NCBI GenBank assembly: GCA_951406725.2
Contig: OX597816.1
Location: 116,126,001 to 116,190,000, forward strand
Source: Octopus vulgaris
Taxonomy: Eukaryota
Direction: 5' to 3'
DNA: 64,000 nucleotides
Part shown: one piece after another, positions 29,145 to 42,807 of the stretch
Position numbering within the stretch: the stretch's first letter is position 1
Layout of the letters: every line of letters starts with the position of its first letter
Position numbers and translations under genes: made by a program
The notes under the pieces: generated by a model
The model's database searches: none
The model's input: the letters and a program-made list of their open reading frames with translations, nothing else
What the model was told of the DNA's origin: nothing

Positions 29145-29584
29145 CATGCATACATGAATACATACATCTGTATACATACATATACATATATACATATACA
29201 TACACACATACGTACATACATATATACATATACATATATACATGCATACGTGCATACATACATACATACATACATACATACATACATACATAAATACATA
29301 CATACATACACACATACATGCATGCATGCATACATACATACACACATACATACATACATACATACATAAATACGTACATACATACATAAATACATACATA
29401 CATACATGCATACATACATACATAAATACATAAATACATACATACATACATACATAAATACATACATACATGCATGCATACATACATGCATACATACATA
29501 CATACATACATACATACATACATACATACATACATACATACATACATACATACATACATACATACATACATACATACATACATA
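29145..29584. repeat. (CATA)n microsatellite
   Basis: Directly visible. Confidence 0.95.
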
Positions 29585-31161
29585 GCAAATGACAAGAGAG
29601 AAAGACCAATAGAGAGAGAATGAAACAGACTTTTTTGAAAACAATTCTTTAAACCGTGATGCTAATTATGTCTTTCATTTCAAGAATCTTTTAGTTGAAT
29701 AGAACCCCCGACTTCAAAACCCCACCACCACCACCACCAGACCTTACCTCCCATCTCTCTACATATAACAACCACGCACCCATACATACCCTCCTCCTCT
29801 CTCTCTATCTCTCTCTCTCTCTCATCCTCCACACACTTTCACCTCCCACCCCACACCCACACCGAACCCCACGCTTGCACACCTACCCAGATGGACACAA
29901 TGGATGCTGATTAAGTTAACAGTTAAATATCTGTTAACTTTACATCTTCCCCCCACCCTTTAACACACTTTGCTTCATCCCTACCTTCTTCTTCTCTCTC
30001 TCTCTTTCTTTCCTTTTCCCTCTCTCTCCCTCTCTCTCACTCCCTCACTCCCTCTCACACTCTGTCCATCGCTAGTGCGCGGGCGCACGTTTTCTACTTA
30101 TCCTGAATGAAATGATTGCTCATGCAAAATATGCTTTCCATTACCACCAACGCCATTGCAATTTATCTCACCCTCAGCAACTACACCCCGTTCGCCCTTA
30201 CTAGCATCAGCCCATCACTAAGATCATCAACATCACAAACACCGTCACCACCACCACCACCACCACCACAACCACCACCACCACCACCACCACTCTCCCT
30301 GCCTTCACCACATCGACCACTATCACTACCACCTTCACCACGACTATCACCGCCACCAGCATGACTGTCTCCTTCGCCATTAACCGATGATACTAATATT
30401 TGAACACATAACCGACACAATACGACAGCACTAACAACTATCATCATCACCATTACCAACAACAACAATAATACTAATAGTAATAATAATAACAACAACA
30501 ACAAACGCCTACTTCCACTGCAGCTCACTCTCCCTTCCGAAACATGCCATCCCTGTCTCCTGCATAACCATCGTCATAATTGTCATCACAACTAATACAA
30601 TTGCCAGAATCACTGCAACCACCACTACCACCCCAACTACAACCAATACCAATACCACCGCCACAACATCCGATACCAATACCACCATTAAGTACAGCCC
30701 AGCATTATAATAACCTAATCACAATTCTACAAACTGAAAATATCCCCCATTGCTAACAAACAACCCTCACTGTAACCTCCTAAATCACACTTTCACTACA
30801 AGAATACCATTCCAGAAATCGTTAATTGCTACTTCTTTTTTACAGTCTATCACTGTGTTATCTACTACCTCTACCAACACTTTTCCCTCCTCTATCACAC
30901 TGACTGTTAATAAAAGCAACAGAAAAGGCCTATACACCGTTGTTCAAGCTGCAAGCAATAGCAGCCAAATCGCTCCAAAATCAGACCGAAAATTGACTTA
31001 GGTCATGATTTAACAGTCATTAGAATGTAAAACAGGCAGTTTGTAGTATCTATTCAGGTTTTCTGTTCCCTATGTTCAAATCTCACTGAAACCAACTTTG
31101 ACTTTCATCCTGTCGTGTTCTACAATATAAAGAAATTATCCATGGCGTGGATTTGCATATA

Positions 31162-31222
<61 letters not shown>

Positions 31223-31399
31223 CAAAAATCACCTTTTATCAACTCAAAATGAACATTTAGAATTACACCATCTAGAAAATTACTTATAATAGAAATATTA
31301 AAATTAAAATAACAATAAAATGTCAATGATTAAGTAAATTGCAAAAAAATAATAATAAAAACGTATATAATTTGTAGAATAACGAAACGTGTTTCGTGG

Positions 31400-31436
<37 letters not shown>

Positions 31437-34318
31437 CATACACACACACACATAAATTTGACAAGGGCGATTCTTTCTCGTCTTGGGATTCACGGTCACA
31501 CGGGCGGGTGGAATTGCGCGAAAAATTACTCAGCTGTGTAGAATGATCCGGTGGTGATGCTGGGCTTTGTATATTTTCATAGCTCCCATGGTTACCGAGA
31601 TAATCTAGTATAATAATAATCTTGATTTTATGAATGCGAAAGGAAGGGGTGGTAGATGAATAAGGAAGGAAGAGGTGATGTCATACTTGTTAGTGGGATG
31701 ATGAAAATTGTACACTGAAAAAATATATCAACTCTGTGTGGATATGTGTGTGTATATAAAAGGGTGGTATGTGTGTGTGCATGTGAGTGCACGCGCGCGC
31801 AATGGAAGTGGGATGGTTCATCTTTGTTCCCTTAATATTTGAGTTTATTTTTTGATTTGGATGAATCATGGTTGGTTATTTATTTTTTTTTTTTGGTCAG
31901 TTATTTTTAGCGATTTGGCAGAAAAATCCAAATATCATTCAGAAGAATTCCCAAGAAATTCGGAATATAAGACACCAAGAATAAGAATGGAGAAAATCAC
32001 ATCTTTAATTGGTGATTGTACCATACATTATCAGTAATCATTTCTATAGTGCCAGTATATTTAGATACATAAATAGGTATAAAATATCTCTCAGATATAT
32101 ATCTGAAAATATATGTTAATACAACGTTATCAAGGCAAAACTTCACCCTCTTGACCAGTGCTCCTTAACATTTGTCGCCCGCTTGGGAGCGTTGTAGGGT
32201 CACGAGAGGGTGGAAAATATAAAGGGTGATATGATGTAGGTACAGTCGGGATTTAGAATGCGTACAGGTTGCTTAGAACTATAATACATATGTATGTTTC
32301 ATTTGGTCGAAGGAAAGTCAGAGTAAAAAGGCGTGTCTGTACACGTCATCAAAGAGAAGACGTAAGATATAAATGTTCTAGAAGAAATATATCTTGAGGA
32401 TATGTGTGTGTGTGTGTGTGTATACGTTCTCTGTTTATCCACTCTAAAGGCAAAGTTAGCATTTTCTTTACCAAATTATATTCCATTTAAAAAAAAATAT
32501 GTTTGCAAAATATATTCTGAAAGCAATCCTCATCATATTCAAGTTAAAAATATTTCTTATATCGTTTTTCTTAAATGTCAAAAAGGTTTATAAATAAATC
32601 AGTAATATACCCCAACCCTTAACATCCTACTTTCCAGTCGATGAAATCATTAGTTTGGGGCTCAATTTAAAGTTATTATAAGATTTACATTGTCTTATTT
32701 ATGTAAAACATGCAGACATACATTCACAGTTAGTAAACCTTGTACCAAATTCTATAAAATATTCACACATATATATACGCAAATACATTCACACATACAC
32801 ATACAATCGCATGAATATATATACACACGACAGACATTCTTTTCACAAAGTTTTCTATAGAAAAACTATTTTTTTGTCATTTGTAAAGGCAGTATTTAGA
32901 AGCTTGTCTTGCAGTAAAAATGTTACATTTATAATATAATTATAAGAAAATTCTGGAAGTTTAACTGAGTTCGGCACAATTTTTTTAATAAACTTCGAGA
33001 AAGCCAGAAGGGCTACGCGCTCACTAAGTGCGCGCGCGTGTGTGTATGTTCGTGAGTGTGTATTTGAGTGTGTGTATGCGCGTGTGTGTATGTGTGTTTG
33101 TGTGTGTATGTGTGTGCGCGCATGTCTGTGTTAATTTTTATTTTGACGTATATGATGATGGCAACATTAATCATTATTGCTCCAAGTTTGAGAACATGTT
33201 TTCCCCAACTTAAGGATTTTACATTTTATTGAATGGTTTAAAATGAACAAGTGCTGCTAATATGGAACATTTTGAGCGTACTTCAAACAGTTTCAACAAG
33301 ATATTGTACCACGTTGCGAAAGTCTAGCATATAGCTTTAACTTTCACCTACAATAGTATTATGTATGATCTCTGATTAAAACTACATACGGTATAATAAT
33401 AGTGTACTGCAATGGAAACCCCGTAGTATAGTCGCTATAGTTCCCAAATCCATCATATAAATAAACACAAAGTAAAAATATAATGATTTGGAAAAATTAA
33501 AAGAAAGTAAAAATGTCTGAAAACAATATTTGTACGATTAAAATAAAATTAAAAGTAAAGTTTACGGAATTGAAAGGACAATTAACATAAACACACATAA
33601 TTCTAAGATTTTGTTTCGTGAAACCTTTTCTGGGATTTTAAATTCTGGTTTGCCTTGTATGGATTTCTATTTTCAAGAAAATTGTTCATATCAATTCCGA
33701 TGGATAATAGACCTTTCTCAAGTAACTGACAGATTTTTGGACCATTTAAATGAGCATCAACAAAAACTAGCTCTAACCCACCTATCGCTCACACACCAGC
33801 ATCCTTCCTTAGAAAAATTCCAAAGGTTTTCCTTGTTTAACTGTTTATTAAAAACAACCTGGCCTCTATATTTCCATTTTGTTGTGCTACACTTGCAATT
33901 GGTTTGAATTTGAAAACTAGCAGAATTTGCTTTCGTTCCATTATATTATTGATGACAACTCAAACAGGTCTATGTTCTTACAAAAATCTTAAGACTATCT
34001 GAAAATATTTGCCTTTGTGGATTTTGTAATAATTGACTTTTCCTTTTCCACAAATTTCTTTCATATCCAAGGTTTTTTCAACTCTGCAATTACGCAATAT
34101 GTTCACATAGGCACAGAATTTGTAACTATTCCAACAGTTGTAAATCGATGCTATCTTTGATCTATCAGAAACTTTCAATGTCTTCCTACAAGCGATATCA
34201 GCAAGACTCTATCCACCAGTTTCTGTTGACAAAGGCGTCTTAAGGCCGAAATACAGGGTAAAGTATAAACTGTTGTTGTGTCATACTTACTTTTACTCTG
34301 AATTCTTTAGTTCCAGCC

Positions 34319-34428
<110 letters not shown>

Positions 34429-34550
34429 AGTGGCTTTTTCGAAATTCACAACCAAAAGGCACAAAGTATAGACGTCATTAATGTGAGTAAGGGCACTTAC
34501 TAGATAGGAACACTATTGCTAGAAATAAGAATCAGAACTCTCAGCCACGA

Positions 34551-34767
34551 GAAGCACTTATCTAATGATTGACAAGGGAAACTAGCTCCCTACCGCAAGC
34601 TAGAAAGATCCCTATCATCGATGATTTCGGATTTGATTAATCCTCATCAGTGACTCTCACTCGGTTGCCGAGGATTAAAACTAACTCACTTTATCATCGA
34701 TGATGTGGATCTGCCTCGCTTGTGGTAGGGACCTAGTCTCCCTTGTCAGTCATTAGATAAGTGCTTC
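34551..34767. repeat. Rod-like inverted repeat enclosing a minus-strand hammerhead-like core
   Basis: GAAGCACTTATCTAATGATTGACAAGGGAAACTAGCTCCCTACCGCAAGC pairs with GCTTGTGGTAGGGACCTAGTCTCCCTTGTCAGTCATTAGATAAGTGCTTC. Inner palindrome TCATCGATGA occurs twice. Confidence 0.85.
34605..34658 (-). ncRNA. Hammerhead ribozyme-like motif (core intact, stem I imperfect)
   Basis: Minus strand: gagagtca CTGATGA GGATT aatca AATCC GAAA TCATCGATGA TA gggatctt. Confidence 0.5.
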
Positions 34768-34901
34768 CTGCGGCAAATTGTTTTTTCTGACTCTAAGATA
34801 TATATATATATATATCACCGTTGTTACACATCGCTGGTCACAATGCGCTTCGCATTGTTTTAGCCTTCAAATGACGCTACCCCGCTGGGTCAGTGAGCAA
34901 G

Positions 34902-34955
<54 letters not shown>

Positions 34956-35353
34956 GTTGTGATTGCGCAATGCATATTTGAACTAAGGAAGGGAGTGAAA
35001 ATTTAAAGAAGTCACAACAGATCTTTGTGTTGAAAGTGCATAAGCATTTTGTGTATAATGAGCATATATGCACACACGTCCATAAGCACGTATTGTTGCG
35101 AAAATGTACGGATGATACATAATACGATATTCAATTCTTCTGAATGTGGTTTCGAATCTTGAAACATCTCAACAACTGCTACATCGTTCACAACTCACAA
35201 TTACTCAATTATATGTCATAGTTACTCAGGAAACAGTTAGAATCGGAAGAAATGACCTTGTTATCCAATTCTACTTTTGTAACATATGTTGCTTCCGCCT
35301 TCTCATCGTAATAACCATCATCGTTATTCTCCTCATCATCATCATCACCATCT

Positions 35354-35470
35354 TCTTCTTTTTCTTCTTCTTCTTCTTCTTCTTCTTCTTCTTCTTCTTC
35401 TTCTTCTTCTTCTTCTTCTTCTTCTTCTTCTTCTTCTTCTTCTTCTTCTTCTTCTTCTTCTTCTTCTTCT
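35354..35470. repeat. (TTC)n tract
   Basis: Directly visible. Confidence 0.95.
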
Positions 35471-35824
35471 TTTTCGTCACCTTCTTCTTCACCATCATCT
35501 TCTCCAATAGTCTGTGGAATTCCAAAGGGTGGCCGTCATGGAAGTCGAGAAGGCAGCAGACGGAAGGCGGAAGTGTTTGTTGTTGTAAAACTTAACTATT
35601 TCTGTCTCTTAAATAAAATGGTAACATATGGAAACATGATTTTGTAAAGCATCTTATCTGTGGGACTTTATTTCTTCTTCAGCAACCACCAGCCTTTTCC
35701 ATTCTTCCTGTGTCTGCCGTCTTTATTTCTCAACTTTCTCCTTTTGTCTGCTGTCTCCTTTCTTCATTGTTCTGACTGATGTTCTGCTAATCATCTTGAA
35801 ACAACCGAAATCCTTCTAATATTC

Positions 35825-35886
<62 letters not shown>

Positions 35887-36423
35887 TTCTAGTTTTCTCT
35901 GCCTCTTGTCTCTTACTTATGGCAGCAATAAGAAATTATTTATTGCTATCCATGTGTTTCTCTTTTTCTTCCATTTCCTTTGTTTCAGATTCTCAAATTC
36001 TTTCATTATGGAACATACAGCCTTTTCGTCTGCAATACAAGTTTCACTTTTTGCTACACTGAAGAGAAAAGATGTTTCTACTCAATGTTACATTCATGAT
36101 ATAATACTGAGTAGACCAACAAATACAAATATTTGCAATTGTGGACGAGAACTGTTGAAAGCAAGGAATATCTATCAACCCGACTACTATTGCATTAGTA
36201 GTTTACAGGAAACCTGTTCCGATTTAAAGAAAACATGCGGATATTCAGAAAACATTTATATAAATAATTAGAAGATACATTGGTTTAGAAATTGTTCTGA
36301 AATATTAGACGAATATATAAATATTTTCAATATGAATAAGAAAACATAAATGTATAAATATAAGAATAATAATGTGCAAATGTATAATAAGAATAATAAT
36401 GTGGAGACTGTCAGGATGATGTC

Positions 36424-36474
36424 GACGCCTCTGATGAGAACCCAATAAGGTTCAAAAATTGATTAAGGTTGTTC
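36424..36474 (+). ncRNA. Degenerate minimal type I hammerhead motif beside the Penelope-like element
   Basis: gacgcct CTGATGA GAACC caataa GGTTC aAAA attgat TA aggttgttc. The GAAA core is mutated to AAAA. Confidence 0.5.
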
Positions 36475-36489
36475 ATTATTTGTAGTTGT

Positions 36490-36890
36490 AGGAGTGGCTG
36501 TGTGATAAGTAGTTTGCTTACGAACCACATGGTTCCCGGTTCAGTCCCACTGCGTGGCACCTTGGGCAAGTGTCTTCTACTATAGCCTGGGGCCGACCAA
36601 AGCCTTGTGAGTGGATTTGGTAGACGGAAACTGAAAGAAGCCCGTCGTATATATGTATATTTATATATGTATGTGTGTGTATGTGTTTGTGTGTCTGTGT
36701 TTATCCTCCCAACATCGCTTGAAAACCGATGCTGGTGTGTTTACGTCCCTGTAACTTAGCGGTTCGGCAAAAGAGACCGATAGACTAGGCTTACAAAGTC
36801 CTGGGGTCGATTTGCTTGACTAAAGGCGGTGCTCCAGCATGGCCACAGTCAAACGACTGAAACAAGTAAAAGATTAAAGAGTAAAAGAAT
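36490..36890 (+). mobile_element. SINE family B, near full-length
   Basis: Head GGAGTGGCTGTGTGATAAG...GGTTCAGTCCCACTG, tail GGCGGTGCTCCAGCATGGCCACAGTC...GAAACAAGTAAAAGA. Confidence 0.88.
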
Positions 36891-37977
36891 ATTCCTTAAG
36901 TATTATAAAGTATTATTCACACTGCTTATTTAATTATATTTATTTTAATATATTTAATGTATATTTAACTTTATGAACTTAACAGTGTCTTTTTCTTTCT
37001 TGCTGTTGATTAATTTGTGTGTTGATATAAGATACCGGTAAATTTCCTCGGCGCAAAATTCAGATCTTTTGTTCCCAATGTTATAAGATTTTTCTCGGCT
37101 AATTATTTCCCACATCGCCCAAATTAGTTTACATAGACTGGTGCTAGCCTCTTTTTTCCTATCCCTGAAGGTGTTTCCATTATTAATTCATCCTTTTTAT
37201 GTAATTTTCCATAGAACCTATATAGTAGTAATCCTCAGATTTTACCTTACACCCAAATATTAAACCTTTTTCCCTACAATAAGAATTTAATGGACATCGT
37301 TTTCCTTTGGCACAAACACAAGTTTTGTTTTTAAGAGCGTTTTCTGTTTCCTCACTAATAATGCTGTGCTTGTATTGTCTTCAAAGTTATCTTCGTTATA
37401 TTCATTTTCTATGTTAAGACTCTTTACTATTAATCTATTCACTTTGTCATGGTTTACCTTACATACCTTAATACTTTTATCGTTTTCTTTTTTATATTCG
37501 TTGCTGCTATTATAAATACTGGTATTTATATTTGTATTATTAATATTTGTATTTATATTATCGTTTCTGTTGTTAGTATTACGCTTATTGCTTCTTCCTT
37601 TTATAAATTGTATGTTTATATGTTTAGATTCTAGCAGCGAGTCCCTAAGAGTTACCTCCTTTACTTCTCATGTCGTGTACCTCATATTATCATTGAATTT
37701 CTCGCCATTTCGGTCATTAAATAATTCATTTTTATCTTCTTTACTCGAATTATTATAGAAATCATTTAATCTTTTAGTATTTTGTGCAGCAATAATTTGT
37801 GTTATGTATTTTGATATGCAAAAACCGGTCCTTAATTTGTGCGAGTTTATTATTTTATGGTATCTATTTTTCTCTGAAAAATCCTTACAGGCCTCTTCGT
37901 AGAATAATTTTATTATATTGGTCTTAATTTGCTTTGCAAAGGGTATTATGAACTATATTATATTATCTTTAGCATGT

Positions 37978-38110
37978 TTCCGCCGAGGTCAACTTTGCCT
38001 TTCATCCTTTCGGGATCGACAAATTAAGTGCCAGTTGCGTACTGGGGTCGATCTAATTGACTGGACCCCTCCCAAAAATTTCGGCCTTGTGCCTAGAGTA
38101 GAAAAGATTA
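37978..38110 (+). mobile_element. SINE family A 3' part nested in the Penelope-like element
   Basis: TTCCGCCGAGGTCAACTTTGCCTTTCATCCTTTCGGG...GGCCTTGTGCCTAGAGTAGAAAAGATTATT. Confidence 0.85.
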
Positions 38111-38254
38111 TTTTTAGTATGATTTTTATTGCGGTTAATTATATTTATGCATGGAGTGTAATCTTTTACAGAATTGTTAAGAATATTACCGTTCAGCTTT
38201 CAATTTCTTCCTTTTAGTTGTTTACTGACCTATTCTGGTTTGTATTTATATAGT

Positions 38255-38462
<208 letters not shown>

Positions 38463-39451
38463 ATCATTATCATCATCCTCATAGTCTTATCTTTGATTTT
38501 TAACAGTTCCTTACTTTTATACATCTTTGTAATATGTGTTTGATTTATTTCCGTTTTCTATCTGTTTCTTGATGTTCTTACTTTATATTATTCTTACCTG
38601 ATTTATATTCTATTCGACCTAAATATTTTTATCTTTATATCTATTTATTTCTATGTTAATATCACTATTCCGAATCTTGTTTGGTGTATTGTTCTTAAAT
38701 CTTGAATTTACGCTTGGCCTATAGAATTTTAATTTTTGTTTGTATCTGTGATGTTATAATAATCTACATTCTATTTCAAAATTTCCTCATCCACCAAGAG
38801 ATTTCAAATTCTTTTTGACATATTTTCAACTAGTTTATGTGTAATACTTCTTGGATGGTTACTATTTCAGTTTATGTGCCTTAGACTACTATGGTATGGT
38901 TTATATATACTTGTTTCTCGATCTAGGTTAATGTCCAAGAAGTTGACAGAGTTATGTTCCTTTTCGATAGTGATAGCCCTATATTCTTGAAATATGAATA
39001 AAATCTTTTTTATATATTTCTAGTATCCCATCAGAGGGGTTATCCAGGATGAAACGCGCGTCATCCCTGTATAGACCTCTGAGTTCCGGAAATTCCTTGC
39101 CTAAGTTAAATGACATATATTCTCACCAAATCTGTAACCTGTGCTGAGTCAGCAGATCCCAGTGTTGTGTCACAGCTATTATCAGTGTCTTTCCTTACCC
39201 AGTATTTGTTATCGAATTGTACGAAACATTTCCTAGCCTCTAATATTACATTGATTTCGCTCATATTAAGATTTGAATGCTTTTTAGGAAACAAGAGATT
39301 CTTCTTTAGCAATATAGGGTTAATAGATGAATAGTAGTTATCAATATCTATTTGCATATTTTTTTTACTTTCTTGTTGTTTAATTTATGAACCAATTTAA
39401 TACTTCCTGTGAGGTAGACAATAGTTTTAATTTTAATAGGTTTCTAGGTGT

Positions 39452-39519
<68 letters not shown>

Positions 39520-39522
<3 letters not shown>

Positions 39523-39760
39523 CGGGAAGCTTTATGAAAATAAACAAAAGACGAAGGCAGGTGGAAAACAAACGAACAATTGTATTAGTATGGCGCTCAG
39601 GAAATATAAATAAAACAAGTCTTTAACGTTTCGAGCCTACGCTCTTCAACAGAAAGATACACAGAGAGAGAAAAACACAGAAAGAAGGAGAGAAAAAAAT
39701 GCGTGCAGTAGCTAACGAATCAACATGGCGATCTGATTTCGGCCAGAGGTCAAAGATCAA
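39520..39760 (-). mobile_element. Penelope-like terminal-repeat segment carrying a hammerhead motif
   Basis: Homologous to 13411-13540 and loosely to 63183-63380. Contains the motif at 39620-39657. Confidence 0.55.
39620..39657 (-). ncRNA. Minimal type I hammerhead motif (core variant CUGUUGA)
   Basis: Minus strand: TCTTT CTGTTGA a GAGC gtag GCTC GAAA CGT TA AAGA. Stems I and II pair and stem III is the palindromic AACGTT. Confidence 0.6.
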
Positions 39761-39827
39761 ACATGAGACGCGAGAGCGAAATAAGGGGAGATAATAGGGT
39801 TGATAAAAGGGTTGAGGGACCAGCTAA

Positions 39828-40150
39828 AAGTGCGTGGGAGGGGTCTGGATGTGTGTATGTATAGGGTTGGTGTATGTATTAGTATGTATAAGGGTGTGTG
39901 TGTGTGTGTGTGTGTGTATGAGAGAGTATTAGTGCGTAGGATTGGTCTGGACGTGCGTATGTATGGGGTTGGTGTATGTATTAGTATGTATTAGTATGTA
40001 TTAGTACGTATTGGTATGTATAGGTGTGTGTGTGTGTGTGTGTGAGAGAGAGTATAAGTGCGTATGCGGGGTCTGGATGTGTGTATGTATAGGGTTGGTG
40101 TAAGTATTAGTATGTACTAGTATGTATTAGTACGTATTAGTATGTATTAG
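39828..40150. repeat. Three ~100-125-bp tandem units (GGTCTGGAYGTGYGTATGTAT.GGGTTGGTGTA + TATTAGTATG subrepeats)
   Basis: Units begin near 39842, 39944 and 40070. Confidence 0.8.
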
Positions 40151-40226
40151 TTGGTGTGTGTATTAGTATGGCACATCATATGTGATGTGATGTATGTGTG
40201 TGTGTGTGTGTATATATATATGTATG

Positions 40227-40265
<39 letters not shown>

Positions 40266-40340
40266 ATATATATATGTGTGTGTGTATGTGTGTGCGTGCG
40301 TGCGTGCGTATATATATATATATATATATATATACATACA

Positions 40341-40767
40341 TTCGGCACTAGAAGAAAAATGACCATTTTTGATTTCAAGACGAAAGGTGTTCATCTATCA
40401 GGATAATGCTCGGCCACATACAGCGCGAGTGAGACGCCAAAGGGTGCTGCAGTTTGAATGGAAAATGATGCCCCAGCTACCATATTTGCCGGACATTGCT
40501 CCATCTGAGTATTATTTATTCCGCTGTCTTTAAAATCAATTAGACAGAAAAACTATGAAATCTGTAGACGAGGTCACAACAGTACTGGAGAAGTATTTTT
40601 CGTCAAGGACAAGTAAATTTTAGAAGAGAGGCCTTGCATGTCTACCAGATAGATGGAAGACCATTGCAGAAAATAAAGGAGAGTATATTTTAGATTAAAA
40701 AAAGAAATTTATTTATCTTAATAAATAAAAGATTAAAAAACCGCATTATTTATGGGATGACCCAATA
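40341..40767 (+). mobile_element. mariner 3' fragment with right TIR (same family as 46471-47764)
   Basis: QDNARPH and PYLPDIAPSEYYLF motifs. Right TIR AAAAACCGCATTATTTATGGGATGACCCAA followed by TA. Confidence 0.88.
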
Positions 40768-40819
40768 TATATATATATGTATATTTCTATCGATATTTAA
40801 CCGGCACTGGTATTCAGGC

Positions 40820-41115
40820 CCTAACGAAACAGTCAATGAGTGGAGAAAGAAAAAGTATGTTCTCCGATAGTTAACAATTTTGGTAAGATAGGTTAGCTCT
40901 ATAGGTAGCCATTTGAATGTATAGTCGGCGAAAGCCACCGATCTACATCGACATGATGATAATTGTCCGTATAGCCTTCTTCCTTCTTAGTGAAATTTCC
41001 CTTTCAAATGCTGTTGGAACATTTTTCATCAACAGATCTTAATATTATTATGTATTGGTTTTAGAAATTGTTACCGCAGTTGAACCATAGTACAAGATCT
41101 ATCCTTGGAAATATA
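40820..41115 (-). mobile_element. Possible very decayed RTE-like LINE 3' fragment
   Basis: Minus-strand ILYYGSTAVTISK...AFEREI resembles the RTE ILLYGSExWT...FERK segment. Weak. Confidence 0.3.
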
Positions 41116-41939
41116 GTGGTCTGGTCTGATATTATATTAAAAGACTCCCGGATATAACTATAAAAAGCGTTATTGCTAATTTTAATGGTTTGATTTCTAT
41201 GTCATTAGTATCTGTCTCTAGCGCTCCTGCGAAACAACACGCTAACAAAGGAGGCATTTTGTGTCTATTTCAGAGAAAACCCTCTTTGTTGTTTGGCATT
41301 ACTGACAAGAATAACAACAGTAAAGTAGGTAATTAATTAGAGTGACCAGTTTCAATCTCAGTTGATGTCATGTCATGTTCGCTTCATTTGCCCTACCAAT
41401 GCAATCTTTAAAAACTTAATCTTGGGGTTACGCACTGCACGAAGAAAAGAAAAAAAGAGAAAGAAGCTTGAAAAGCTTTTGCCGCTAAGTCTATCTGATT
41501 AGAATTTGGCTGGAGGCCAAGTAACGGAACTATCAATAAAACAGCCTGCAAAGATATGATTGCTACACAACATTACCTCCAGTTTAAAATGTTAATTTGT
41601 GCAGTGTGATGTATTGTGACGTTGCTGTATGGTTTAGCATGGTCTGTGGTATGGTGCAGTGTGATGCTTTGTAATGCAATATGATACAATGAGGAATACT
41701 ATTTGTTATGCAGTATGGTGTAGTTTAGTACATTGCACCGTTGTATACGAAGTGATACCAATATTTTCATGTTTACAGTTAAAAGTACTTTCTGCCTCAG
41801 AAGCACATCGTTCTGCGAATAAAATGCTGCCCAGAAATCACTGGTAATATTTCTACATACGCCACTGCTAAAATTGGAAAAAAACTCATGAAGATCGTCC
41901 TCCCCATATTCTATAGGATATCTTTAGGACTCTTAAGCG

Positions 41940-42360
41940 TCGTTCGACCTGCGAGAAGTAGCAGCCAAATACCTAAAACCATATCTTAACGTTTTTAAGA
42001 GAAAAATGTACTTATTGAACAACGTTGTTCTTGATACTCATAAAAACTAGACGAAATAGTCACGGCTGGAGAGCATTTGCTCGTAGGTCTGATCAATCTG
42101 AGGTAACCTGAAGCTAAACAGCAATAACAAAAATATTCAACAGTTAGATACTTTTTCATTCAGGGAGGCAATAACATACGCAGACTATTCGATCTGCGAG
42201 ATATAGCAGCAAATATCCCTCAAATTATACCCTACATGTAAAGTATAAAGGCTCATAAAACAGTTTAATCCAAGATAAACGAAAAGAGGGATGCTCGAAG
42301 CCATAAGACGAAACAGCTTAGGTCTGTTCCATCAAGACTAACTATGGACTAAACTAACGA
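41940..42360 (+). repeat. Two adjacent old family E repeat copies
   Basis: TTCGACCTGCGAGAAGTAGCAGCCAAAT at ~41943 and TTCGATCTGCGAGATATAGCAGCAAAT at ~42188. Both end near GCTAAAC/ACTAAAC. Confidence 0.6.
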
Positions 42361-42598
42361 GTACTATTCCTACTGCTGCTGTTCAAGGTATAATAAGATA
42401 ATTAACTAGTAAGCTAGGAAGACCAAGTATAAACATCGTAGATACAATTTGATGACTTAATTTTCTATTCAATAGTTTTTAAAGTGTTTGATTATCAATC
42501 AGTGTCAATTAATTATACCAATACTTGGTGGTATATGTAATAAATAAGTATATCTCCAGCTTATCCACATTGTATTTTTTATTATGCACGTATATTTC

Positions 42599-42647
<49 letters not shown>

Positions 42648-42648
<1 letters not shown>

Positions 42649-42807
42649 TTTATTTAAAGCAGCAGAAACTGTCCGATGAACAGCAACGGGAAACTCAGAG
42701 TAACAGGTTTTGTTAAATTTTCTGCTGCTTTAAATAAAGCATATTACTCTACCACTGGTATTTGAGTACTCTTTTTCCACCTTGTTTCACATTTATGTGT
42801 TTACTCC

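Noticed and set aside
28651-29644. 300-314 aa minus-strand ORFs
   Set aside because: (TATG)n and CT-rich low-complexity sequence, with no protein-like content.
34220-34265. Possible decayed hammerhead (TTGACAA-AGGC..GGCC-GAAA..TA); similar weak cases at ~49905-49930 and ~31383-31400
   Set aside because: Core and stems are too degenerate to support.
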